IMG/VR virus record: IMGVR_UViG_3300023112_000019
Location: 1 to 52,326 of that record
Source of the DNA: a virus
Taxonomy: Duplodnaviria; Caudoviricetes
Length of the DNA: 52,326 nucleotides
Direction: 5' to 3' (one strand)
Made by a program: the position numbers and the translations under genes. The notes beneath the pieces were generated by a model that had not been told where the DNA came from, did not search any database, and was given only the letters and a program-made list of their open reading frames with translations. This document shows positions 1 through 11,100 of this stretch, piece by piece (within the stretch, counting starts at the first letter, position 1; each line of letters opens with the position of its first letter).

Positions 1-3000
1 TTTTATAAAATCTTTATTTAAATCATCATCAGCTTTGATTTCATCTGTCTTTTTATATTCAGAAAAACCTACTGAACCATCAGTATTCTGGTCATCAGAG
101 TCATCTGGGTAGACAACCTGAATAGAATTAAATACCCCGTCAGAGTTGACCCTCATTCCATTTTCGATGATGTCATGCTCTGCGGTAATCATGTGGTAAT
201 TTCTGTACTGCTTCATTAGCGTCGCAGGGATCTCTCCATTGTTTACTGGCTTGGCAGAGTTTATTGGTGCATCATCCACGTTCGATCTATCAACTTTCCC
301 ATTTGGATAAATGATATCTTTTGGTGGTGCCTTGCCATCAATTAGTCTCTTCTCATTCTTAAAGAGTTCTTTCTTTGAGAAAATTTTAGTAATACTATGC
401 CTTCCTGTTTTGGCTATTGTATAGTCTTTAAGGTTTCTTTCTACGGGACTTAGTGTTGCGGAGAGGTCATCATCTCCGCCCATTATTACTGCTTCTTCAT
501 AAGTTGGTCCTCTATGAAAGTATAGTTGCTCTGGGTAACCAAAAAAGATAGTGCTTCGTCTATCAAAATTTACAACATCACAGATTGTTCCTGGATGTCT
601 TAGTGTTAATTCTTGGAGAACGTCCCATATAGTTTGCTCATAGATAACAAACTTTGATCCTTTAAAGAATGTAAAGATTGCATCTTTGACACCTGCAATA
701 ACTCCAATAGTTCCGCCGATAATAAATCCTGCAGCGGCTCCAATAACTGCACCTGCAACTGTACCAACTACAGGAATGATTGATGCTGGGACGCCAAAGA
801 AGGCACCAATTCCGACACCTCTTCCTGCCCACTTAGTCACCTGATCCCTGAAGGTATCCCAGGACCCAAACAAGGAGGGTGCAAATATATTTTCTACAGC
901 AGTTCGTCCGCCAGCTCCACGCCAGAAGAAAGAACTTTCACCAGTAGTATTCTTTGCATTTATTGTTCCAAAGTTTTGAACCTCAGGAGAGCCATGAAGC
1001 AATTCACTAATCATGTTCTGTGTATTGGAGTTATAAGTAAAGTCATCAGCTACACCAACTCCTTTTAGTTCTTGGACTAGCTCTATTCCATCTCCTTGGC
1101 ATACGATTTCTACAACATCGCCTCCACCAATTTGTGAAACTCTTCCTGAAAATTCTACAGATAAATGATTTGGATCTCCCTCATAACCAAGTCTTAGCTC
1201 AATTCTAGTTCCTTCTTTAAGCATAACATCGTCTAGTTGATTGCTATTTGCTTTTTTGTCTCTACCTTTTGTCTCTCCACCTTTTGGTTTGGTTCTCTGG
1301 GTAGCAGGAAGTTCGTTTTTAAGCTTGCTGGTATTATCTTCAAAGGCTTTATTTACAAGGTCTTCTCTAGTATTGGCTAGTCTTACAACTAATATATCTG
1401 CAGGATTGTGTTTGTCTTTTGCTAGTCGAATATCTACTATTGCATTTATGTCATAGAAGTCTGTAAAATTTCTCCAGATACCACTACCTGCTAGTCTTCC
1501 TAGTCTGTCTTTGTCGACATCACTTAAGCTCCCAACGTCATCTTCTTTAACGTAGAGCTTAAATGTTGGCATTGATCTACGCATTGTGTATGTAGTATCT
1601 TGAAAATTATCTACAGCTGCTTGAGTATTTAGGAATTGTTGAGGACCACTAATCGGTGCTTGGATAAAACCTTTATCAAAGTCTCCTTTCTCTGGTCTTT
1701 CTTTGTCTGCACCTACAGTAATTATATTGGGAGCTGCAGCTGGTGGCCCTGGACTTCCTCTCATATCATCTGATATTTTTTTTGAAGCCTCCTGGTCTGA
1801 TACCTGTTCTGCAAATTGTTCTCCGCCTTTAGCATATCTTCCTTGTACTTTTTCTAATATTTTTCTTTTATATCTATTGTCGCCCTGATCTGACTTGTTA
1901 TAAAAAAAGAAGTCAGGCTGTAGAGTTTGATCTGGTAGCATCATGTCTGGATAGTTTGATTCGTCTGCTGTTAAATTAAAACCCTTAAACTCAGTTAGGT
2001 CTTTCTGATATGTAGTGAACCTTGCATCTTTCTCTTCTGTTCCAGCTGTTATCTTTAGTAAGTCCCACACAACTTCATTAACCATGTCTGAGCTGAAAGG
2101 TCTCATTGAAATTATTTGGTCACCACCATTGATATCGCTATTGGGCCAGATGACAGTTCTTCCTGGGTAATTATCTCTGATGTCACCTTTGACATCTCTT
2201 AGTCTTCTCTCTACAAGATCAGGATCACTTAGGGCTGACTCAACTGTTCCAAAGTCCTTTGCTGACAGAGCATCATTTAAGCTCTCTGTTAATTTTCTTG
2301 CAGCATTAAAATCAGGATCTGAATTTTGTGTATCAACCCCTATCTGGAATGTCTTTCCATTCTTTGCAATTCCATATTTGTCTGCAAGCTTTTGCACAAG
2401 AGAAAGAGAACTTTCATAGACCCTATTAGACGGTCCCTGGTTGGCTTGTTTAATATTAGTATCTATTGCTCTATGGTTTTCTGTTAGTGAGAAACTAAAT
2501 CTTGAACAGAAGGGCATTCCCTCTACTGTTTGACTTTCTGTGTTCTGAATCATGCAACCAAGATATTGATTGGGATCGAATGTTGACATCTTGCCAGTCT
2601 GCTCGTCTAGGACTTGCAGTCGCTGTTCATCATAGTGTTTATACTTGAGAAGCTTAGACATTGGGTGCTTAATAAAGATAGAGTCATTTTTAGCTACCCG
2701 TCTATAGTCAACTGCATTGCGATTAACTAGCTCTATAATACTATTTATTTTCGATAGACGACTGGACGTTCCAACTGGTGCCCCATCATTAAACCCATCT
2801 TTAAGTTCTGCATTTGCAAAAAGATTAAAGACAACGTTTCCATCTGAAGCTCCAAGGAACTGTGCAGTTGGCACGGTGTGCCCAATCAGAGGTATCGAAA
2901 CTGTTTTGGTTTGAAGACTTATTCTTGCTGACTCTACAAGCATTCTTCCAGAGTCTAGTACGGCAGCTGGATTATCAAAGTCTCTTATTCTGTATCTTCT

Positions 3001-3912
3001 GTACCTATAAAGGACTGTTCCTGCCTCCGCATCTGAGGCTTGAAATTCATCAACTGGTAGCCAGCCTTCTTTCTCTGCCTCTCTTAATGCCTCTTTTAGT
3101 TTGGCATCTGTTTCTACTACATATATTTTTTCTGATGGATCTATATCCAGACTAGTTAAAGCATCTATCTGAGCATTAGCATTATCTCTTTCTGCATCAA
3201 TTCTTTTGTACTCTTTATATATCAGCTCTAAGTCATTAGAATCACCTGCAGACATTCCGTTTGTATAAGCGCCAGCTATTGGCCCGCTTCCTTTCTCCCC
3301 AACGTTAGCTAGTGTCCCACTTTCTATAAATTTTGTAAATTGATTATCGGGAACAGCTGTGGCAATTGGGACTCCATTTTCTTCAACCTTTTTAAAAGCA
3401 AAGTCAGGAGAGAAAGGAGTGTAGTTAAACCACTCAAGATGAATCCTTACATTAAACATTCCAGGTTCTCTTGCTTTTGATTCTACATCTATCTGCTTAA
3501 TGACCGCAGCCATGTTCGTTTGGGATACATCTTCTGTTCCAATCCCAACAAATGTCTCGACATCTATTTTCTCTATCTCTCTTCCCACTATCTCTTTTCT
3601 TATCTTTTCATTTTCTATTGAAACAAAAGGACACTTTCTAGCTTGAATAAGTAATGGAGCCAGCTGCTCATTTACCCAGGCTTCTGCCTGTATATCATTT
3701 CCTGTTCTTGCATCATAACCTGTAGCAAAATATGTATCTATAATTATAGAGATAGTTCTACGACCACTCTTCACCCATGTACTGGATTGAGAACGCAGGG
3801 TTGAAACAGAGGCGTTGTGATCCTGTTTAAGGATTGTAATGTTCTTGGGTGGAACACGAAGCTCTATGTCATTGATTCTGAGAGAGCTTGAAGTTAGTGG
3901 TGCTGTTGCCAT
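1..3912 (-). CDS. Large baseplate hub-like virion protein (partial, >1304 aa, runs off left edge)
   Basis: Missing from the ORF track. ATG at 3912 overlaps the upstream stop (TAATG), and the frame is open at every point translated by hand, down to base 1. Begins MATAPLTSSSLRINDIELRVPPKNITILKQ; contains GTRIELRLGY...FSGRV...VEIVCQG and TIWDVLQEL, typical of gp27/gpD-type hubs. Lies downstream of the tape-measure locus. Confidence 0.75.
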   Translation of the reverse strand, partial: MATAPLTSSSLRINDIELRVPPKNITILKQDHNASVSTLRSQSSTWVKSGRRTISIIIDTYFATGYDARTGNDIQAEAWVNEQLAPLLIQARKCPFVSIENEKIRKEIVGREIEKIDVETFVGIGTEDVSQTNMAAVIKQIDVESKAREPGMFNVRIHLEWFNYTPFSPDFAFKKVEENGVPIATAVPDNQFTKFIESGTLANVGEKGSGPIAGAYTNGMSAGDSNDLELIYKEYKRIDAERDNANAQIDALTSLDIDPSEKIYVVETDAKLKEALREAEKEGWLPVDEFQASDAEAGTVLYRYRRYRIRDFDNPAAVLDSGRMLVESARISLQTKTVSIPLIGHTVPTAQFLGASDGNVVFNLFANAELKDGFNDGAPVGTSSRLSKINSIIELVNRNAVDYRRVAKNDSIFIKHPMSKLLKYKHYDEQRLQVLDEQTGKMSTFDPNQYLGCMIQNTESQTVEGMPFCSRFSFSLTENHRAIDTNIKQANQGPSNRVYESSLSLVQKLADKYGIAKNGKTFQIGVDTQNSDPDFNAARKLTESLNDALSAKDFGTVESALSDPDLVERRLRDVKGDIRDNYPGRTVIWPNSDINGGDQIISMRPFSSDMVNEVVWDLLKITAGTEEKDARFTTYQKDLTEFKGFNLTADESNYPDMMLPDQTLQPDFFFYNKSDQGDNRYKRKILEKVQGRYAKGGEQFAEQVSDQEASKKISDDMRGSPGPPAAAPNIITVGADKERPEKGDFDKGFIQAPISGPQQFLNTQAAVDNFQDTTYTMRRSMPTFKLYVKEDDVGSLSDVDKDRLGRLAGSGIWRNFTDFYDINAIVDIRLAKDKHNPADILVVRLANTREDLVNKAFEDNTSKLKNELPATQRTKPKGGETKGRDKKANSNQLDDVMLKEGTRIELRLGYEGDPNHLSVEFSGRVSQIGGGDVVEIVCQGDGIELVQELKGVGVADDFTYNSNTQNMISELLHGSPEVQNFGTINAKNTTGESSFFWRGAGGRTAVENIFAPSLFGSWDTFRDQVTKWAGRGVGIGAFFGVPASIIPVVGTVAGAVIGAAAGFIIGGTIGVIAGVKDAIFTFFKGSKFVIYEQTIWDVLQELTLRHPGTICDVVNFDRRSTIFFGYPEQLYFHRGPTYEEAVIMGGDDDLSATLSPVERNLKDYTIAKTGRHSITKIFSKKELFKNEKRLIDGKAPPKDIIYPNGKVDRSNVDDAPINSAKPVNNGEIPATLMKQYRNYHMITAEHDIIENGMRVNSDGVFNSIQVVYPDDSDDQNTDGSVGFSEYKKTDEIKADDDLNKDFIK

Positions 3913-6900
3913 TAGTGTCCTTTCCCTATCATATCTTTAATTGTAAACTTATCCATGTGAGACCTATGATCCTGTAATCTAACGTTTAAATCTTTCATAT
4001 TGGCTGAAGCATGAGCTCTTAGGGAATCAAAATTCGTTCCGACATCAGCCTGTCCTCGTACATCAAAGGAAGAAAACTTTTGTTCTGGGATTTGAAATAG
4101 TGTTTTGCCGGCAGATGCATCTCCCATGCCGTTTGCATATCCTTTTTCAGACTCATGTAATGGGCCTGCTGTCGCAGTTGGCTGCATCATCTTTGGTTTA
4201 GACATTAAACTTGCAGCTAAACCAATACCTGCTGTAGGTAGGATACCCCATTTTGCTATGTTTTTCAAGCCCTTACTCATAAAATGAGACGCTGCGTTTG
4301 ACGCATCTTTAAGCATAGCCTTGTATCCGCTGGCCTTGCTTATGTTTCTCTGCGCAATAGACGAGGCATAGTTGCCTGATGCTTGAAGATCTCTCCCCAA
4401 AGTATGAGACTCTATTACATTCTCAAGGTTTTTTGCACTAGATATCTTCTGGTATGCATTTCTTTGACTGGTTGCTCTATTCATTATTGACTCAACTTCA
4501 GCTGCCCGTAGCCTTGCATTCTCAATGCCTCTTGCTTCCTTCATCTCTTTTGCATAGCCCATTTTCTCAGCTAGCTCCATAGATGCTACCTCAGAACTAG
4601 ACTGCCTTATGGCATCTCCAGCCTCTTTTCCTCCAAAGCTTAGCTCGTCAAAAACTCTCTGAAGACTCTGGGCCTTCTCTCCTTTTCCCATTCTTGCGTA
4701 TTCTGTTCCAACAGATCCTCTAAAAATATCTAATACATCGTCAACTGAGCCTGAAAGCAGTGCTTCCTTTCCCTGGTGCTTTGCTTTAAGTACATTCTCT
4801 ACGAATAAATGGGAGAAGTCTTCGCCTAAATAGTATGCTTCTGCGGCACCTCGGCCCATGTTGGGTCTTAATTGTTCTCTTAATCCTATATGTATATTCT
4901 TGAATTCGTCAGAGAATGAGCCAATCTTTGATTCTAAATTCTTCTGTGCAGCATTAAGTCCTACTAGCTCTTGGTTTAATAAAGAGGTAATACCTTCTGG
5001 TGCTCTACCTTTAAGTTCAAATGCAGACATTCTCTTAAGGGATGAGGTAAACTCACTCCCCATAACACTTTGTTGTTGGCCGCCGTATCCGTAAAATTGT
5101 TCTATTGATCCTCTTGATTTTTCTGATGTAGCTGCGATAACGTTTAACTGATCCTTGTCGAAGTCGACAAACATTGATCTTCTAATTAAACTTTGAGAGG
5201 CATTCTCTCCAGACACAAATATGCGCCCTTTCTCGCCACCAACGTTACCAAACTCTTCAGCTGTTCTGATATTAACAGGTAGTGAACTGTGAGTACCTTC
5301 TATCGGCTCTCTTGTCATTAGTCCCCAAAGCCTTCCTTCTTCTGCCTGCTTTATAGCTTGAGCTCCAAACTTTTCTCCTATGTCACTTTTGGTCATAGCG
5401 ATAAGAGGAGCCTGCATGTCGTCTCCTATTTTCATTGCCTTTCCAAGTTCTTGTGCTGCTCTATCCATGCCATCTAGTGAAGATACAGCTTGTCCATATA
5501 CTGAACCACTAACCTTTCCTCCGAATAGATTTTTAGAGACAGCTCCTTCGACCTCGCCAAATGCTGCTTGGTATTTTTTCATTTTAGCTTCTTGGAATGC
5601 TTCGTCTTGCCCGTTCTTAACCGAGGCAAGTAAATCAAATGTAGCTCTATCCAAAGGACTTTTCCCAGCCTTTGATGCACCAACATATGGTGACATTGCC
5701 TCTGAAGCAAAGACAGTTACTTTATCTACTCCTCCAATCTCTTTCCCTAGATTGATAGTCATTCTTTCTTTACCCTGCATGTAGTTTCTTCTACCAGCAA
5801 GGTCTTCTTGAAGTAGCTTGCCTAGATCCTCTCCTACGTCAGCAAGGTTTACTCCTCTTGCTGCTTTGTCTCCTGCTATATTCTTTGCAGCATTAATCTC
5901 TCCAAGTTGAGCAAAAGGACTCTGCTCTCCAACTCTTCTTGATGTGAAATCTTCAAGAACATCCCCAAGCCCCATTGCCTGCAAGTTGAAGGCTGCACGA
6001 TCAGACATTCTACCCTGGCCAAATATCCCAGCTTGAGTACTAGAGATATCTGCAGATAAAACCATTTCACTTACGCTACTTCCAAGATGCTTCTTTCCTC
6101 CAAAGATCTCGTCTGTAGACTGGTTAGGGTGCCAGCTTTCTATTTTGTTTATCATTTCTTTACCAGACATATTACTGCCTTGGAACTCTCCGCCTTTGAT
6201 CCCTAACTCTTCTAGTCTTTTAATTGCAGCAGCGTCCCCGCTTTCTACAACACCAGAAGCATAAGATAGGATTCCTGTCATCCCCTCTCTGGCCGGTAGC
6301 ACTCCGCCCTTTATCTTTACGGGTGCCTCTGCAGAGATCATGTCAACGTCTTTAAATATCGTATTGGCAAAACCTTCTGCTTGAGCTTCTGTTGCTCCTT
6401 GACCATATTTCTCTATGGCCTCCATCCAACCTGCTGTTAGAGGAGTGTTTGCTGTTCCTTTCACGGTCCACTTTCCACCGCCTCCGCCACTAAATGACTT
6501 AGACATAACACCATACTTAAACCTACTTTCTGTCCCAATAGATAGTACGCCCTCGTTCTTTCTTATGCTGCTAATTGTATTAGAGAGGTCTCCTCCTTTC
6601 ACCTTTATAGGATTTCCTATAGTGTCGTATCCCATGACACCATATCCTTTAATAGATTCATTAATACTTTGAAGGCCTCTTCTTTTTCCTGCTAGTTGTT
6701 TTTCTAAACTCTTCAGCCCTTCAGTTTCACCTTTCATTCTTTGGGTGCTAATACTAGACTCTAGTGAATCTATCTCTCTTCCTATTCCAAGCTTTCTGTC
6801 TTCTAACCTTCTTAGTTTCTTATTCAGGTCAAGGTTTAATCCTTCTAGCCCTCCAGGGGAGGTCATTGCTTTTGCAACATCAGCTGAGTTCATACCCTGT

Positions 6901-8153
6901 GCAGCAGCCTGCCTATAAACATCTTTCATTAATCTTTCACCAAATTGAGTTCCCTCTCTCTGTAAGTCTATGTGAAAGTTATACATTTTATTTTTTATAC
7001 TAATATTTGATTTGTTTGAGAGAAGGACTTCTTCGGCAGCTAACTCATGAGCTGGTAGTCCTTGTCTCTTTAGAGCCTCTCTATATGTATCCATATTCTT
7101 AACAGTCGCAACTTTGAATTGACCTAATCCAGAGTCTATATCTGGAGTCCAGTTTATAGATGTCTTCTTAGTTCCTTCAAATTTACTTTGTCTATGTAGT
7201 TGATAAGAAGAGATAGAAGCTTCAGCTGCAGGCATTCCTCTTGACAAGAGTGACTCAGGAGTAGCCATTACTCCACCTACAAACATACTTTGATTACCAC
7301 CAGAGTAGCCAGGGTTTCTGGCTATGTCTTTCATCATGTCTATTCTGGCTTCTCTAGTTTTCTGGCCAAATAGATCTACTACAAATTGTTCTTTTCTTAT
7401 TTCTTGCAATCCAACAGCTCCTGGTCCAGACCCTTTTGCCCCTTCCCATATTGCTTTATCTGTTGCTGCTCTTCTTATATCTCTTGGGTCAATCTCCCCT
7501 GCTTTGATTCTACTTAGCTCTTCTTGGTATTTTTTAGTAAGGGCTACATCAATTCCTTCTAGCTCAACTCCTGTTTCTCCATAGCTAAGTAAAGATGATC
7601 GTGCTATATGCGTATTCTTTCCGCCAAGAGTCATTGCTCCCTCAGTATTAACTAATGGTATATCAAATACGAAATCTTTTCCACCCCTAATTCTAATCAT
7701 ATCTGAATATTCAGCACCTGGCTGAGAGTGAGCGAAGGCTTTTACTGAACCGAACTTAGCTTCAACCATATCATATAGGCTGCTAACTTCTTTTCCAAGC
7801 TCTGCACTTCTCCCCTTATAGCCTCCCTCAAGGTACCCTATCTCTTCCATGATACCTCTCTTGCCTTTTAGGAAAGTTGTCTCATAAGATGGTCCCGATG
7901 TTTCTGGTATACCACTTCTAAGAAAGTTACTCATTGTAAGACTTGAGGCAACTGGGTTTACTGCCTTATTAAATGTTGGAGCTACGGCAGCTTGAGGCGC
8001 AATAGATCTTCTAAAGTATCCAGTGGGATCAGCCGATGAAGGAAAGTCTCTAGCTGTTAAGTAAAGACCATATCCAGAACCAGCGATTAGAGTTCCTCTA
8101 CCCAGCACACTGGCTGCGTCTACATCATTTTCAAAGTTAAATTTTTCTATCAT
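3912..8153 (-). CDS. Putative single-chain two-barrel (DPBB) RNA polymerase, probably virion-associated (1413 aa)
   Basis: Beta'-like motifs NLFGGKVSGS, MTREP (REP at 5304-5312) and MFVDFDKDQLNV (DFDKD at 5151-5165). Beta-like motifs AEEVLLS and SKSFSGGGGGKWTV (Lys pair 6471-6500). Located between the tape-measure-like gene and the hub. Confidence 0.72.
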   Translation of the reverse strand: MIEKFNFENDVDAASVLGRGTLIAGSGYGLYLTARDFPSSADPTGYFRRSIAPQAAVAPTFNKAVNPVASSLTMSNFLRSGIPETSGPSYETTFLKGKRGIMEEIGYLEGGYKGRSAELGKEVSSLYDMVEAKFGSVKAFAHSQPGAEYSDMIRIRGGKDFVFDIPLVNTEGAMTLGGKNTHIARSSLLSYGETGVELEGIDVALTKKYQEELSRIKAGEIDPRDIRRAATDKAIWEGAKGSGPGAVGLQEIRKEQFVVDLFGQKTREARIDMMKDIARNPGYSGGNQSMFVGGVMATPESLLSRGMPAAEASISSYQLHRQSKFEGTKKTSINWTPDIDSGLGQFKVATVKNMDTYREALKRQGLPAHELAAEEVLLSNKSNISIKNKMYNFHIDLQREGTQFGERLMKDVYRQAAAQGMNSADVAKAMTSPGGLEGLNLDLNKKLRRLEDRKLGIGREIDSLESSISTQRMKGETEGLKSLEKQLAGKRRGLQSINESIKGYGVMGYDTIGNPIKVKGGDLSNTISSIRKNEGVLSIGTESRFKYGVMSKSFSGGGGGKWTVKGTANTPLTAGWMEAIEKYGQGATEAQAEGFANTIFKDVDMISAEAPVKIKGGVLPAREGMTGILSYASGVVESGDAAAIKRLEELGIKGGEFQGSNMSGKEMINKIESWHPNQSTDEIFGGKKHLGSSVSEMVLSADISSTQAGIFGQGRMSDRAAFNLQAMGLGDVLEDFTSRRVGEQSPFAQLGEINAAKNIAGDKAARGVNLADVGEDLGKLLQEDLAGRRNYMQGKERMTINLGKEIGGVDKVTVFASEAMSPYVGASKAGKSPLDRATFDLLASVKNGQDEAFQEAKMKKYQAAFGEVEGAVSKNLFGGKVSGSVYGQAVSSLDGMDRAAQELGKAMKIGDDMQAPLIAMTKSDIGEKFGAQAIKQAEEGRLWGLMTREPIEGTHSSLPVNIRTAEEFGNVGGEKGRIFVSGENASQSLIRRSMFVDFDKDQLNVIAATSEKSRGSIEQFYGYGGQQQSVMGSEFTSSLKRMSAFELKGRAPEGITSLLNQELVGLNAAQKNLESKIGSFSDEFKNIHIGLREQLRPNMGRGAAEAYYLGEDFSHLFVENVLKAKHQGKEALLSGSVDDVLDIFRGSVGTEYARMGKGEKAQSLQRVFDELSFGGKEAGDAIRQSSSEVASMELAEKMGYAKEMKEARGIENARLRAAEVESIMNRATSQRNAYQKISSAKNLENVIESHTLGRDLQASGNYASSIAQRNISKASGYKAMLKDASNAASHFMSKGLKNIAKWGILPTAGIGLAASLMSKPKMMQPTATAGPLHESEKGYANGMGDASAGKTLFQIPEQKFSSFDVRGQADVGTNFDSLRAHASANMKDLNVRLQDHRSHMDKFTIKDMIGKGH

Positions 8154-11100
8154 ATAATTTCACCCATAGCTCTAAGCTCTTGGTAGATCTCATTATTTCG
8201 ATCGTACTCTAAATCGTAGGATACTGTTGGACCTACACTATCCCTCTGAATTATCTGAGGATTTCTAATTCCTGCCTGAACCGCTTGCTTGTAAACCTGT
8301 TCATAGGTAACGCTTTCAGCTAGAGGTTGGAATGGGTCCACTCCCTCTAATGATTCTTCAAGATATGGCTTTCTTCTTAGCCCTCTTAGTCTATCATCCC
8401 ATAGATCATAGTAGTGATATTCCCTACCTGTGTCTATTAGGTATTTTAATTTTACATCCTCAAGATCCACATCAGCTCTCCATCCGATCCAGTCTTCTGC
8501 TGGAAGATTTTCGCTAGCCTGTAATGCTTCTCCTTCTGCTTGTCTTCTTGCTCTAATGGTAGCCATTCTATTGAAGACTTCTTTCTCTAGATCCTGACCT
8601 TCTGCTTGGCTTATATCAAGCTTGCCTTCTGCCATATCATTTAGCAAGACCTTATCCCATTGGGCTATATATAAGTCTTTCATATTGTTAGGCATGATCT
8701 CAAGTAAGCGAGCCTTGTCTTCTGGTCCTGCTTCCTTGAACTGTTCAAAGTACACCTTTTCTCTTTTAGGTAGCGCTGCCATTAATCTAAATTCATTCTC
8801 GTATACATCTGTGCCGGCTAAGGTTCTACCCGCCTTGTTATGGAAAGTTCTTGCTTTGCCTTCTGACCCTTGAGCCATTGCCATTCTTTCATGGCGCTTA
8901 TTTTTAACGTACTCTATCTTATCGAAGTAACTCTCTATTTGTCTAGCATCTCTTACTGCGTCTGGGATTCTATCTATCCCTGCCATGTTGGCAACTGTTG
9001 TAGCAAAAGGTTTAATAAAATCTTCTATTGGTCTCTGCCAAAGTTTAAACTCTTTACCGTATATTGATTCTTCATAATCTGTCATAGCAGATGAAGGAGG
9101 AAGGAGTTTATGAGCAGGAGCGATAGGGCTTAATTGCTCTAGTGGATTTGCTCTTGCTATATCAACTAGTGCTGCACCGTATCTACCAAGGACGCTTTGA
9201 TCGTATACGTCGTCTCTAAAAGACTTTCTTTTACGCTTATCCTCAAGCTGCTCTTCTGTTCTTTGAAAGATCTCTAATTCATAATCTGTTGGATCATGTG
9301 CTTCTAATTCTTTTCTTGCACTTCTGAACTCTCTAGAATATGGAGCAATATCTGCAAGTATTTTATATCTATGTATTAATGGGTAATCTGCAGGATTAAC
9401 TCCCTCAAGTTCTTTATACCTGGCTGCGTATCCTCTTCCTGGTAATCTGTATTCACCTTCTTGAACTTTAGTAAATGGATCACCTTGCTTGAAGTTCTTG
9501 TAGTAGTCTTCTCCAGGCATCCAGTCAGGCATATCATTGGCTATAGGATTTACATACTCTGTTGTATAAGGTCTCTTAGGAATGAAACGCCTGATAGGCT
9601 CTGTCATACCAAGGAAACCACCGAGGTTTAAATCCCAGAATTTCCTACGAGTGCTATCTATATCTGCAGATGATTGAAGAATAGGTGTATGTTCGAATAC
9701 ATCTTGCTCTCCTGTCACTGCTTGTTTAATAGCCGAGGCCACAAAACCACGTAGACCTACAGCTTCATAGGTTGTATAGTATTGTTGTTTAATTTGTTCA
9801 GCGGCACTATATGGTGTGACCGCATCTTCTGGAGGAAGTGCTCCTGCAATCTTTTTAGATGGAGCATACTTTCCTGATCCACCATGCAGGTGATCTCCTC
9901 TATGTCTCCCTTCAAATATTTCTGGATGCATTAGTACTGGTGGCTTCATTACTCTACCAACAGTCCATTCGTATGCGGCTCCAAATAGACCGAGGTCTTC
10001 TCCGGTTGAACCAGCTATAGGATAGGGTCTATCCTCGTAGTGCATCTTCTCTAACCAATAAGGATCAGCTAGGTCTCTTACAAATTTGCCAACAGGAGAA
10101 ATATCTTCGCCATCGTATATTGACTTGTCTGTAGGTCTATCTAGTATTCTGTTGTACCAGTTAGGACGATAGTAATCTGTCTTGGATCCTTCCCATGGGG
10201 TCGTTCCAAATTCCCACCAGCGAGCTTTCTTGATAGCAACTTCTTTACCACCAAGGTATTCTTCATCTAGTTCTGCTACTGATTTTTCTGAACCTAGACC
10301 AAAGAGTAAGAATGGCGCAGCTAATGCAGCCATCGCTAGCCCTCCATGCTTCCCCCATCTTAAGGCTCTTGTATAATTGCCTCCCATAGTTGGGATTTTT
10401 CTTAGACCTGCCGCCATTGCTTTCTCGGCCGTCTTTGACTTAATCATTGCATCGTATCTAGCCGGGCCAGCTGCAGCTCTTGCTTCTTCAAATATACCAG
10501 CACCCATTCCGAGTGCAGTTCCTGTTATCATCCCAGACAAGGTAAACCCTAGCCATGGTTTGACTCCAGTTAATCCAGGTGCTTTTTCTTCTGCGTATTT
10601 CCTGATCTCTGTTAAGCCAGAGGCTTCAGATAGTCCAGCATAAGTCATGTGTGCTACACGAGCACCCTCTGCTAGAACTCCTGTTATCCCGGCTTTGCCT
10701 GCAACGCTATCTTCTGGTGCAACCTGTCTAGTCATCCAGTTCAGTGTTCCGAACACTGCTGGTAAGCCAATAAGTAAAGGAAGAGCTTTTGCTGCATGTC
10801 TTCCTAGTATCTGAGGAAGAGTTCCTATTAATTGTTTCTCTCCTCCAACACCAAACTTAGGCAATCTTTTTGTAATAGACTGTACAGTATCTGTTACTCC
10901 TCCAGTTTTAATATTAGGAAATAGATCCCTAAAGGCTTTAACTGGATCGTCAACTAGACGTAAGTATTTAGATAATGTTTCATGACCATAAGCATGAGCG
11001 GCACGGAATGCTGCTTGTCTCTTTGTCTTCCCACCACCAATTAAGATTTCGTGCTCTCTACCAACTCCAGCTATATTAAATGTATGTTCATACGATTTTG

